From Alphaproteobacteria bacterium (lineage in GTDB: Bacteria; Pseudomonadota; Alphaproteobacteria; ATCC43930; CGMCC-115725), in assembly GCA_030042035.1 (NCBI GenBank), contig JASIAN010000067.1:1-55682 (forward strand): 55,682 nt of DNA. Direction: 5' to 3'. A program made the position numbers and the translations under genes. Shown here one piece after another: positions 24,401-32,257 of the stretch. How positions within the stretch are numbered: position 1 is the stretch's first letter; the number at the start of each line of letters is the position of its first letter. The notes beneath the pieces are model-generated. The model saw only the letters and a list, made by a program, of their open reading frames with translations. It did not search any database and was not told the origin of the DNA.

Positions 24401-25803
24401 ATGCTGTCGGTCGATGCGGCGGCGAGCGCCACCTGCCAGCGCTGCGCCAGCTCGCGCAGCGACGCCTCGGTTCTCGCCGACAGCAGCAACGGCGGCAGCG
24501 CGGCGTCGTGCGGCACCGGTGGCGCGCGGTGCGGCGGCGCAGCCAGGATCGCGTGCCCGTTGGCGCCGCCGAACCCGAACGAATTGACGCCGGCGCAGCG
24601 CCCGCTCTCAATCGTTTCGCACTCTCGCACCAGCCGCAGATTGAGCCGTTCAAACGGAATGGCGGGGTTGGGCTCGTCGCCATAGAGCGTCGGCGGCACG
24701 ACACCCCGCTCCAGCGCCAGCGCCGCTTTGATCAGGCCGGCCATGCCCGAGGCCGGTTCCAGATGGCCGATATTGGTTTTGACCGAACCGATCGGCAGCG
24801 GCATCGTGCGCGCCCGCCCCAGCGCCGCGCCGACCGCAGCCGCCTCGACCGGATCGCCGGCGGGCGTTCCGGTGCCGTGCATCTCGAAAAACGCCAACGC
24901 GTCTGGCGCAACCTTCGCGCCCTCGCAGACCTGGCGGATCAGCGCCGCCTGCGCCGCCTCGCTCGGCAGCGACAGGCCGATCGTGCGGCCATCCGAGTTG
25001 ACGCCGGTGCCGAGAATGACGGCGCGGATCGGGTCGCCGGCGGCGAGCGCCTCAGCCAGCGGCTTTAACACAACAACGCCGCCGCCCTCACCGCGGACAT
25101 AGCCGTCGGCGCGGGCGTCAAACGCGAAACAGCGGCCGCGGCGGGACAGCATCGCGGCGCGGCAGAAGCCGATAAATGGATAGGGCGCCAACAAAAGGTT
25201 GATGCCGCCGACGAAGGCGCCGGCGATCTGCTCGCTGCGGATCGCTTCGCACGCATGATGCAGCGCCACCAGAGAGGACGAGCAGGCGGTATCGATCGCA
25301 AGGCTCGGGCCACGCAGATCAAACACATGCGAGATACGGTTGGCGAGGATGCTAAGCGTCCCGCCGGTCATGAAATACGAGTCGCCGCTCGCCGGATCGC
25401 CGAGCCTGAGGTCGCGGTAGTCGGTCGTCGATGCGCCGATATAGACGCCGAATTCGGTGCCGGCGAGGCTGGCGGCGGGGATGCCGGCATCCTCGGCGGC
25501 GTGCCACGCCAGTTCCAGCAGGATCCGCTGCTGCGGGTCCATTTGCGCCGTTTCGCGCGGCGAGATGCCGAAGAACGCCGGCTCGAACAGATCGATGCCG
25601 TCGATGAGGCCGGCCGACCACGTATAGCTGCGGGCCGGCTCGCCAGGCGAGGGATGATAAAAAAATCGCGTCGACCAGCGTCGCTCGTCGACCTCGGAGA
25701 CCGCATCGGTTGCCGTCGTCAACAGGTCCCAAAAGGCGGCCAGATCGGGCGCGCCCGGGAAGCGGCAGGAAGCGCCGACGATCGCAATCGGGTCGTCTGT
25801 CAT
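18421..25803 (-). CDS. Type I polyketide synthase, single fully reducing module (KS-AT-DH-pseudoMT-pseudoKR-ER-KR-ACP, no TE); RkpA/MAS-like
   Basis: 2460 aa. KS: DTACSSS (C174), EMHGTGT, NIGHLE. AT: GHSVG (S614), FAFHS. DH: HPLLG, LADHAVEGVAVLP (H915), DYGPRF, LDGALQ. MT-like: LEIGAQAS. ER: LIHAAAGGVGLAA. KR: YLVTGGISGFG, GAYVAAN. ACP: GMDSLM (S2375). The 55-aa C-terminal tail has no GxSxG thioesterase motif. Confidence 0.95.
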   Translation of the reverse strand: MTDDPIAIVGASCRFPGAPDLAAFWDLLTTATDAVSEVDERRWSTRFFYHPSPGEPARSYTWSAGLIDGIDLFEPAFFGISPRETAQMDPQQRILLELAWHAAEDAGIPAASLAGTEFGVYIGASTTDYRDLRLGDPASGDSYFMTGGTLSILANRISHVFDLRGPSLAIDTACSSSLVALHHACEAIRSEQIAGAFVGGINLLLAPYPFIGFCRAAMLSRRGRCFAFDARADGYVRGEGGGVVVLKPLAEALAAGDPIRAVILGTGVNSDGRTIGLSLPSEAAQAALIRQVCEGAKVAPDALAFFEMHGTGTPAGDPVEAAAVGAALGRARTMPLPIGSVKTNIGHLEPASGMAGLIKAALALERGVVPPTLYGDEPNPAIPFERLNLRLVRECETIESGRCAGVNSFGFGGANGHAILAAPPHRAPPVPHDAALPPLLLSARTEASLRELAQRWQVALAAASTDSIPAMVRAAARRRDHHAERLVATCADVAKMAAALGDFAGGADHLSLVTGTALRDGKLAFVFSGNGAQWLGMGRNAYRTSSAFREAMAEVDAELQPLLGWSAADAIARGTEPERLVRADVAQPLLFATQVGVVAVLRRLGIAAAGHIGHSVGEIAAAWAAGALSLAAAVRVVVARSRQQERTRGTGRMAALALGAAAAEELFAELGSALEIGAINAAQSVTASGPCEAIDRLAAEARRRGIACRPLDLDFAFHSAAMEPIRAGLLDDLAGLVSGVPETLLISTVTGRKVSAGDLDARHWWRNIRSPVRFADGMAALAASGSRIFLEIGPSPVLQAYVKDALRAADGEGRVLATLTRNESGDDPFPAIVARCHVAGHTIAGSERFDGPGDPTGLPLYPWHKERFWFDRTVEDTQVADPPFAHPLLGFRQPGPVASWLNYLDPQQVPWLADHAVEGVAVLPAAAVLEMALAAARLRRPDAAAVEVADVELRRPLPFDNGRPREVRSVVSAEDGDFELLSRLRLTEEPLTLHAVARLVAAGDLPPPPGLDDPAAAASAIDGATLYRLAGRFGLDYGPRFRTVRRVDRLADGTVLVDLDASVVGAAGDDYLVHPALLDGALQGLLALTADGDGDAAGVSLLPWRFGRVRIMAPFGRSVCRAWLRLTRRGIRSVSADIVLFDEKGAAIGELTDCWFRRVELSHRVAPEDAVLRTELVPAPLGETAPPAVFDDIALIATRLLSDAPDKAEDGAERRLLCDALIASAALAAMPSAVGRETPFTVAALIASGDIAPDAAALFGGLLRLLERFGAARSAGPVWRIAANNDLPEMADVWRLLLAETPELVAELALVAATAADLARFLAEGPRPPEKAIAATIDHLLSGSPAAAAGIDLVSRLLTEIAARWPKGRPLRLLEIGAQASPPRQFLDRLAASGAALTYRATSPDAAEAARLGADRFDVIVALNTCARMGIDGAALSALRQQLAPGGLLIAAEPEPNPLWDLVFGRQAGWWPDSGDADAPSPLRAGAAWRDELADGGFVTAGTLALAAGPWPCALFWGRAPIAGEIARPEPRSRRINLIAAIGDGSSALAERLSRHGHAVRVTEVAALAAAAETDDDGAAGDDGDMILMIADATGDSGAVAATARLTMQLIRIASDAARRQLPLWLVTTGAQQPADAGDRGPSGAAAWGIARVLVNETPRLQLRLIDLSPTLTDDERAAALAAELTAADGETEIVWTSAGRHVLRLRRGLPPLWAAAGDPIGLAGAPQGGIDTLGWRRAAPRPPGPGEIAIDVAAAGLNFRDIMWAMGLVPEEALIDGFTGPSYGLECAGIVSAIGPGVAHLNVGDRVAGFAPASLASRVTTAARAVMRLPPGTSFAAAATLPVAFVTASYALGTLARLAPGETVLIHAAAGGVGLAAIQYAKYRSATVIATAGSDVKRDFLRLAGADHVLGSRDPGVGNAVRAITGGRGVDVVLNSLSGEAMEDSLGVLKPFGRFLELGKRDFYLNRRIHLRPLRQNISYFAIDIDRLPIERPDLAEALLGEIAAALGDGAIRPLAHRRFSFAAAGDAFRLMQASGHIGKLVLLPHGNAAVRLRDTPHVALRRDGTYLVTGGISGFGFAAAEWLARQGAGAIALVGRRGAATPGAAERAAELGALGADDVRLYAADVADQGSLAAVLAEIRAAQPPLRGIVHAAAAIVDGVAAELDDAAIATVLRPKLGGALVLDRLTRDDPIELFLLFSSATTLLGAPAQGAYVAANLALEALARRRRAEGLPALAVAWGPVADTGYLAERPAAREALARRLGARPQPAAQMLAALPALLGSGLPVAALAETSWQEPRRHLPILAAPLFAELFADGPAAQGGDELLERLAGLGPDEAAALLTIAVADEAAAILRLPAGSLDPLRPLSEVGMDSLMAVELRLALETRLGINLPLMSLAEGTSVVSIASRLATALAASQPASAVVNLAARYEIVDADRRDGLANAVARPEPLPVDSAAAG

Positions 25804-26038
25804 GACGCTGCAGCAGGTTCCGGCATCGTCACGACAGGCGCACAGCGATCAGCCATGCTGCTGTTGCTTCATGATCCCCCACAAGCCGCGGCAGCCGGTC
25901 TGACGAATGCTCGCCAGCGTCCCCTTCGGCCACCGCGACAGCTATGTCAATTTGCCGCCCGGCGTCGAAACGCCTGCATCATCGACATTTCCTCCGACGT
26001 TAGCGAAGCCGGCAGGCCTATTCAACCGACGTGCGCCG

Positions 26039-27238
26039 CTACACGCGCTCCAGCACTGTCGCAATGCCCTGGCCGACGCCGACGCACATTGCGACAAGCG
26101 CATAGCGCCCGCCGGTGCGCTGCAATTGCCGCGCCGCGGTCAGCGCGATGCGCGGCCCCGACGCGCCCAGCGGATGGCCGATCGCGATCGCGCCGCCGTT
26201 CGGGTTGACCCGGCTGTCGTCGAACGGCAGGTCGAGGCCGCGCAGACAAGCGAGGACTTGCGCCGCGAACGCCTCGTTGATCTCGATCACGTCGATGTCC
26301 TTGAGCGTGAGGCCGGCGCGCTCCAACGCCTTCTTCGCTGCCGGCACCGGGCCGAAGCCCATGATGCGCGGCGCGACCCCGGCGACGGCCGACGACAGGA
26401 TCTTGGCGATCGGTTTGGCGCCGGCGGCATCGCCCGCCTTGCGGCTGGCGACGATCATCGCGACCGCGCCGTCGTTGATGCCCGAGGCGTTGCCGGCGGT
26501 CGTCACGCCGTCCTTGAACAATGGCCGCAATCTGGCGAGCGCCTCCATATTGGTCCCGGGCCGCGGGTGCTCGTCCTCGCCGACCGTGACTGGCCCGGCG
26601 CGGCCGCCCGGCACCTCGACCGCGATGATCTCGCCGGCGTAGAAGCCGTCGGCCTTGGCGGCGGCGTATTTCTTTTGCGAGCCTTCGGCGAACACGTCGG
26701 CCAACTCGCGCGTGATCTGGTATTCGCGGGCGAGATTATCGGCAGTCTCCGGCATCGTGTCGGCGCCGTAGCGGCCCTCGACCTTCGGGTTCGGGAAACG
26801 CGCGCCGATCGTCGAATCGAAGACCCGGGCGTCGCGACTGAACGCCGCCTCGGCCTTGCCCATCACAAACGGCGCACGGCTCATGCTCTCGACACCGCCG
26901 GCGACGAACACGTCGCCTTCGCCGCAGGTGATCGCCTGCGCCGCCGTCGCGATCGCGTTGAGGCCGGAGCCGCAATTGCGCTGCAAGACGGCGCCCGGAA
27001 TTTCAATCGGCAGCCCGGCGACGAGCGCCGCGTGGCGCGCAACGCAACGGCTGTCCTCGCCTGCCTGATTGGCGCAGCCGACGACGACATCCTCGATCTT
27101 GTCGGGCGCAAAGCCGCTGTCCTTGACGACGCGGGCGATGACCGAGGCGAGCATATCGTCCGGCCGCAATCTGGCGAGGGCGCCGGCATGGCGGCCGAAG
27201 GGGCTCCTGAGACCGGTGTACAGATAGGCGTCGAGCAT
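26039..27238 (-). CDS. Acetyl-CoA C-acyltransferase (thiolase, PcaF/PaaJ/FadA-like)
   Basis: QRNCGSGLNAI (active Cys), NEAFAAQV, NPNGGAIAIGHPLGASG and CVGVGQG are the canonical thiolase motifs. Confidence 0.93.
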   Translation of the reverse strand: MLDAYLYTGLRSPFGRHAGALARLRPDDMLASVIARVVKDSGFAPDKIEDVVVGCANQAGEDSRCVARHAALVAGLPIEIPGAVLQRNCGSGLNAIATAAQAITCGEGDVFVAGGVESMSRAPFVMGKAEAAFSRDARVFDSTIGARFPNPKVEGRYGADTMPETADNLAREYQITRELADVFAEGSQKKYAAAKADGFYAGEIIAVEVPGGRAGPVTVGEDEHPRPGTNMEALARLRPLFKDGVTTAGNASGINDGAVAMIVASRKAGDAAGAKPIAKILSSAVAGVAPRIMGFGPVPAAKKALERAGLTLKDIDVIEINEAFAAQVLACLRGLDLPFDDSRVNPNGGAIAIGHPLGASGPRIALTAARQLQRTGGRYALVAMCVGVGQGIATVLERV

Positions 27239-27374
27239 TGTCCCCTCCTCTGGCCCTTATCAGATTTGCCTGCAGTGACGCTTGCCGGCGCGCCGCTGTC
27301 AAGATTCGATGGCGATACTCCTGCGAACCGGCGGTTTCCGCTATAATTGTCACGCTGCAGTGAGGAACAGCCCG

Positions 27375-28307
27375 GTGGCGCATACGCACGCCCATGACGG
27401 CCACGCGCATCATCACCACGGCCATCGCCGCCGCGATTACGGCCGCGCGTTTGCGGTCGGCATCGGTCTCAACCTCGCCTATGTCGCGGCCGAGGCGGCG
27501 TTCGGCGTGCTGCTCGGCTCGCTCGCGCTGCTCGCCGATGCCGGACACAAGCTCGGCGACGTGCTGAGCCTTGCACTTTCCTGGGGCGCGGCACTGCTGA
27601 GCCGGCGGCGGCCGAGCCAGCGTTTCACCTACGGCCTCAGATCGACCTCGATCCTGGCGGCGCTGGCCAATGCGATCATCCTCTTGGTTGTGACCGGCGG
27701 CATCGCCTGGGAGGCGATTTTGCGCCTCGCCCATCCCGAGCCGGTTGCCGGCGGCGCGGTGGCGTGGGTCGCCGGCGTCGGCATCCTCGTCAATGGCGCG
27801 ACGGCGCTGATGTTCGCGCGCGGCCGGAAGCGCGACCTCAACGTCCGCAGCGCCTTTCTGCACATGGCGGCAGACGCGCTCGTCGCCGCCGGCGTCGTGG
27901 CTGCCGGCATCGCAATCGCGCTGACCGGTCTCGCCTGGCTCGACCCGGCGGTCGGCCTCGTCGTCTCGGCGATCATCGTCTACGGCGCCTGGGATCTCGT
28001 CAGAGAGGCGATGCGCTTAGCGCTCGCCGCCGTGCCTGGGGGGATCGACGCCGCGGCGGTGCGCCGCCATCTCGCGGCGTACCCCGGCGTCGCGGCGATC
28101 CACGATTTGCACATCTGGGGCATGAGCACGACGGAGACGGCGCTGACCTGTCATCTCGTCATGCCGGGCGGCCATCCGGGAGACGCCGCGCTCGCCGCAT
28201 TGGCGGACGAGCTCGAAGCGCGCTTCGGCATCCATCACGCGACCTTGCAGATTGAGCTCGGCGACAGCGCCGACGCATGCGCACTCACTCCAGAGCACCT
28301 CGTCTGA
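27375..28307 (+). CDS. Cation diffusion facilitator family metal efflux transporter (CzcD/ZitB-like)
   Basis: His-rich N-terminus HTHAHDGHAHHHHGH, TM2 LLADAGHKLGD, TM5 FLHMAADALV, and a C-terminal cytoplasmic domain IHDLHIWG. A GTG start was chosen because of the AGGAA RBS. The ORF track allows an earlier start at 27282. Confidence 0.85.
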   Translation: MAHTHAHDGHAHHHHGHRRRDYGRAFAVGIGLNLAYVAAEAAFGVLLGSLALLADAGHKLGDVLSLALSWGAALLSRRRPSQRFTYGLRSTSILAALANAIILLVVTGGIAWEAILRLAHPEPVAGGAVAWVAGVGILVNGATALMFARGRKRDLNVRSAFLHMAADALVAAGVVAAGIAIALTGLAWLDPAVGLVVSAIIVYGAWDLVREAMRLALAAVPGGIDAAAVRRHLAAYPGVAAIHDLHIWGMSTTETALTCHLVMPGGHPGDAALAALADELEARFGIHHATLQIELGDSADACALTPEHLV

Positions 28308-28395
28308 TCGTTACGCCGGCACGAGTTCCGGCGCAATCGCGGCCGCCGGCTCTGCCGCCGACATGAACGCCAGCCCATCGGTCATCGCCGCATCC

Positions 28396-30498
28396 TCACG
28401 GGCCGCGGCGCATCGCGATATTGCCGAAATCGTCGAGCTGTGCGGTCCAGCCCGGCGGCACCAGGCAGGTCGCATCGTATTCCTCGACGATGCAGGGGCC
28501 GGCATGCGGCGACTGCAGCGCGCTGCGGTTGACGACCCCGGCCTCCCTCCAGCCCCGCTCCGGGCCGAAATAGGCCTGCCGGCTGGACGCCATCAGCGTA
28601 ATATCGGGCGCCAGCGCGGCGGCGACAGCCGCCTCGCGGCGCGGCTGCTCGGGGATGCCGCGGCCGACGGTTTCGAGACTAACCAGTTCGACCGGCTCGT
28701 CGGCGCCGGCGCGGTGGCCGTAGGTGCGCTCGTGCTCGGCGCCGAACGCCTCTTCGAGCGCCGCCAGCGCTGCCCGATCGAGCCGGCCGGCGGCGAGCGG
28801 CACGCGCAGTTCGAATGATTGCCCCTGGTAATGCATGCTGGCGCTGCGGCGCAGCTCGATGCGATCGTTGCCGAACCCGTCGGCGGCAAGCCGCGCCCGC
28901 GCCTCGGCGTCGAGGTCGTCGACGATCGCCTGCAACGCCGCCGGCGCCGCCCCGCACAGCAACAGCTTCTTCGTTTTCGTGAAATAATATTCGATCTCGG
29001 CATAAAGCAGCCCGAACGATGAAAACACGCCGGCCGACGGCGGCACCAACACCCGCGTCATCGCCATCGCCTCGGCCATGCCGGCGGCGAAGAGGGGGCC
29101 ATTGCCGCCGAACGCGACAAGCGCGTAATCGCGCGGATCGCGACCGCGTTCGCTCGAGACGGCTTTGAGCGCGCGGATCATGTTGGCGGCGGCGATGCGA
29201 TGCGCACCAAAGGCCGCCGCCTCGACGCTCAAGCCGAGCGGCCGCGCGATCTTGGTGGCGAGCGCCGCGTGCGCCCGCTCGGCATCGAGCTTAAGCGCGC
29301 CACCAACCAGCTGTGCCGGATTGAGATAGCCGAGCACGACGTTGGCGTCGGTGACGGTCGGCTCGTCGTTGCCCTGGCCGTAGCACACCGGCCCCGGCAC
29401 CGCGCCGGCGCTCTCGGGTCCGACCTGCAACGCGCCGCCGGCGTCGATCCACAGAAGCGACCCGCCGCCGGCGCCGACCTCGGCCAGATCGATCGCCGGC
29501 ACCTTCAGCGTGTAGCCGGCGCCCGACAAGAGGCGCGAGCCGAGCACGATACCGGCGCCGACCTGGTATTCCGCCGCGCGCGTCAGCTGGCCGTCCTCGA
29601 TCAGCGCCGCCTTCGCGGTCGTGCCGCCCATGTCGAACGAGATCGCGTGTCTGATGCCGCTGCGGCGGGCGAGCGTCTGCGCGCCGACGACACCGGCCGC
29701 CGGCCCCGATTCGATGATGTGCATCGGCACCTCAGCCGCCGCCGCGGCGGTCGTCAGCCCGCCGTTCGACTGCATCAAGAGGAGCGGCGCGCGGATGCCG
29801 ACGCGCTGCACGTTAGCGGTGAGCCGGTTGAGGTAGCGTTCGACAATCGGCCGCACATAGGCGTTGATGACCGTCGTCGAGCTGCGTTCGTATTCGTTGA
29901 TGACCGGCAGAACCTCGGCGCTGACGGAGAGCGCGATGCCGGGGGCGAGCCGAGCGGCGATCTCCTTGACGCGCCGTTCGTGCGCCGGGTTGGCATACGC
30001 GTGCAGCAGGCACACCGCGATCGCCTCGACCCCTTCGCCGACGAGAAACTTGACGGCGCGCTCGACGCTTTCTTCGTCGAGCGGCCGGTCCACGCCGCCC
30101 TGCGCATTAATGCGCTCATCGACCTCGACGCGGAGCCGCCGCGGCACGAGCGGCGGCGGCTTCGTCCACGACATGTCGTAGAGCCACGGCATGCGCAAAT
30201 TGCGGATTTCGAGAACGTCGCGGAAACCTTTGGTTGTGATGAGGCCGGTCCGGGCGCCCTTATGCTCAAGGATCGCGTTCGAGGCGACGGTGGTGCCGTG
30301 CAGCAACTCGCTGATGTCGTGCGACGCCGCGGTGATTTCGGCGAGCAGCGCCCCCAGCCCCTCGACGATCGCGCGCGCGTAGTCGTCGACCGTCGATGGC
30401 ACCTTTTTCGTGTGCCGCCGCCCGTCATCGCCGAGCAGCACGATGTCGGTAAACGTGCCGCCGATATCGACCCCAGCCCGAAAACCGCGAGCCATCAA
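28396..30498 (-). CDS. Hydantoinase/oxoprolinase family protein, A (HyuA) type
   Basis: The N-terminus GVDIGGTFTDIVLL, then GGTTAKAALIEDG, matches the ASKHA-fold hydantoinase_A pattern. 700 aa. Confidence 0.88.
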   Translation of the reverse strand: MMARGFRAGVDIGGTFTDIVLLGDDGRRHTKKVPSTVDDYARAIVEGLGALLAEITAASHDISELLHGTTVASNAILEHKGARTGLITTKGFRDVLEIRNLRMPWLYDMSWTKPPPLVPRRLRVEVDERINAQGGVDRPLDEESVERAVKFLVGEGVEAIAVCLLHAYANPAHERRVKEIAARLAPGIALSVSAEVLPVINEYERSSTTVINAYVRPIVERYLNRLTANVQRVGIRAPLLLMQSNGGLTTAAAAAEVPMHIIESGPAAGVVGAQTLARRSGIRHAISFDMGGTTAKAALIEDGQLTRAAEYQVGAGIVLGSRLLSGAGYTLKVPAIDLAEVGAGGGSLLWIDAGGALQVGPESAGAVPGPVCYGQGNDEPTVTDANVVLGYLNPAQLVGGALKLDAERAHAALATKIARPLGLSVEAAAFGAHRIAAANMIRALKAVSSERGRDPRDYALVAFGGNGPLFAAGMAEAMAMTRVLVPPSAGVFSSFGLLYAEIEYYFTKTKKLLLCGAAPAALQAIVDDLDAEARARLAADGFGNDRIELRRSASMHYQGQSFELRVPLAAGRLDRAALAALEEAFGAEHERTYGHRAGADEPVELVSLETVGRGIPEQPRREAAVAAALAPDITLMASSRQAYFGPERGWREAGVVNRSALQSPHAGPCIVEEYDATCLVPPGWTAQLDDFGNIAMRRGP

Positions 30499-30507
30499 GT
30501 CGCCGGC

Positions 30508-30891
30508 TCAGACGGGCCGGCCGCGGGCGTGCGAGGAGTTGACCGTGAACACAAAACCGCTCGGCCCGGCGACCGTGAACGAGTCGTGGATGCGGCCGCG
30601 GGAAATCGCCGACGGCGCGAAGCCCTTTGCGGCGTAGTCACGGTGCGTCGCATCAACGTCGTCGACCATCAGGTCGAACGGCGCCGCGGTGCCGGGCGCC
30701 GGCGGCGTAGCGGCCGGGCGCACCACGAGATGCGTGCCGCCGCGCAGTTCGAGTACGGCGAACGCCTCCTGCGTCACGATCGGGCGCAGCCCGACCGTCT
30801 CCAGCCAGCGCGCGGCGGCGCCGACATCGCTGACCTCCATGCGCACATGGCCGACCGCAACCGGCGGCCTCTGGTCGATGGTATCCGGCAT
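30508..30891 (-). CDS. VOC (glyoxalase/bleomycin-resistance/dioxygenase) family protein
   Basis: VGHVRMEVSDVGAAARWLETVGLRP...LELRGGTHLVV is a betaalphabetabetabeta VOC module. The start is at MPDTID with an AGGAGG-like RBS. The gene ends 10 nt upstream of the HyuA start. Confidence 0.7.
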   Translation of the reverse strand: MPDTIDQRPPVAVGHVRMEVSDVGAAARWLETVGLRPIVTQEAFAVLELRGGTHLVVRPAATPPAPGTAAPFDLMVDDVDATHRDYAAKGFAPSAISRGRIHDSFTVAGPSGFVFTVNSSHARGRPV

Positions 30892-31032
30892 CGCGTCTTT
30901 TCCTCCTGTTCCATTGCGGCCTTCCGCGATTGTTAGCATAGCGCGAACCGGCGGCGATCGATATCGCCGCCTGTCGCGCATCGGCGGGCGGGCGGGCCGA
31001 TTTTCTCCTTGCATGGCCGGGGCCTTCCAACG

Positions 31033-32196
31033 ATGACGGAAGCTGTCCGCAATGTGACAATACGGAGAAAGGCCGATCCGATGGAAACCGATCTGGCGGC
31101 CCGCACCGACAGCTATTTCCTGAAGACCAAGGCGATCGTCGGCAGGTTCGGCGACCGCACGGCCACCTATGCCGTGTTCATGCGCCGGCCGGTCATTTCG
31201 GCGCCGCGTTTCGCGGTCGAGTTTCTCGAGAGGATGGCCGCGGTGCGCGGCACACGTTTCGAGATCGAACTCAACTATCCCGAAGCCTCGTGGGTCGGCG
31301 CCGGCGAGCCACTGCTTTACGTCTCAGGTTCGCTCTACCATCTCGTCGATCTCGAAACCGTGCTCTTGCAGAAGCTCGGACCCGCCTGCGTCGCCGCCTA
31401 CAACGCGTCGGCGATGTGCGCCGATCTGCCGAAGGTCGCGTTTCTCGCGATGGACGCGCGCCACTGCGCCGGCGGCGAGATGGCGGAGCTGATGGCGTAT
31501 GCCGCCGCGGTCGGCTCGGCGCATGCAAAGAAGGTCGCGGGCGCCGTCGGCTTTATCGGCTGTGCGGCGGCCGCGACAGCGCGCTATTTCGGCCGCGCCG
31601 CGGGCCTCGGCACGATGCCGCATGCGCTCATTGGCTATGCCGGCTCGACGCTGCGCGCCGCCGAGATGTTCTTTGATGTATTTCCCGACGAGCCGCTGAC
31701 CGTGCTGGTCGATTACTTCGGCCGTGAGACGAGCGACGCGGTCGAGGTATGCCGGCGTTTTCCTGAGTTGGCGACGGCGGGCCGGCTCGCCTTTCGCTTG
31801 GACACGCCGGGCGGGCGCTATTGCGAGGGGCTCGACCTCGCGCGCTCTTACGAAGTGTTGGAGCGGCACGCGCCGCAATCGATCCGCGGCTATCGAACCG
31901 AGGCGGAACTGCGCCACCTGGTCGGCACCGGCGTCACCGCCGCGGCGATCTGGCGCCTGCACGAAGCCTTGAGCGGAGCCGGCTTTCCGGCCGCAAAGAT
32001 CGTCGCCAGCTCGGGCTTCGGGCCGGAAAAGTGCCGCATGATGGCGGCGGCCGACGCGCCGATCGACGTCATCGGCACCGGCTCCTACCTGCCGGAATTA
32101 TGGAGCGAGACCTATGCCACGGCCGACATCATCGCCTATGACGGGCAGCCGATGGTCAAGGCCGGCCGCGAATTCCTGCTGCGCGGCAAACGCTAG
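31033..32196 (+). CDS. Nicotinate phosphoribosyltransferase family protein (type II PRTase, short archaeal-like form)
   Basis: TDSYFLKTKAIV...GTMPHALIGY...LVDYFG...AFRLDTPGG...IVASSGF is the NAPRTase/QPRTase-family pattern. The start could be 31033 or 31081. Confidence 0.75.
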   Translation: MTEAVRNVTIRRKADPMETDLAARTDSYFLKTKAIVGRFGDRTATYAVFMRRPVISAPRFAVEFLERMAAVRGTRFEIELNYPEASWVGAGEPLLYVSGSLYHLVDLETVLLQKLGPACVAAYNASAMCADLPKVAFLAMDARHCAGGEMAELMAYAAAVGSAHAKKVAGAVGFIGCAAAATARYFGRAAGLGTMPHALIGYAGSTLRAAEMFFDVFPDEPLTVLVDYFGRETSDAVEVCRRFPELATAGRLAFRLDTPGGRYCEGLDLARSYEVLERHAPQSIRGYRTEAELRHLVGTGVTAAAIWRLHEALSGAGFPAAKIVASSGFGPEKCRMMAAADAPIDVIGTGSYLPELWSETYATADIIAYDGQPMVKAGREFLLRGKR

Positions 32197-32257
32197 CCCC
32201 TTTTGCCAAATTGAGTTTGCGGCGGCGCGGCATGACAGCGCCCCTCTGGCGCAAAAG

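Noticed and set aside
29200-30936. 578-aa plus-strand ORF
   Set aside because: It is antisense to the HyuA and VOC genes and has shadow-ORF composition (R, D, A, G dominated).
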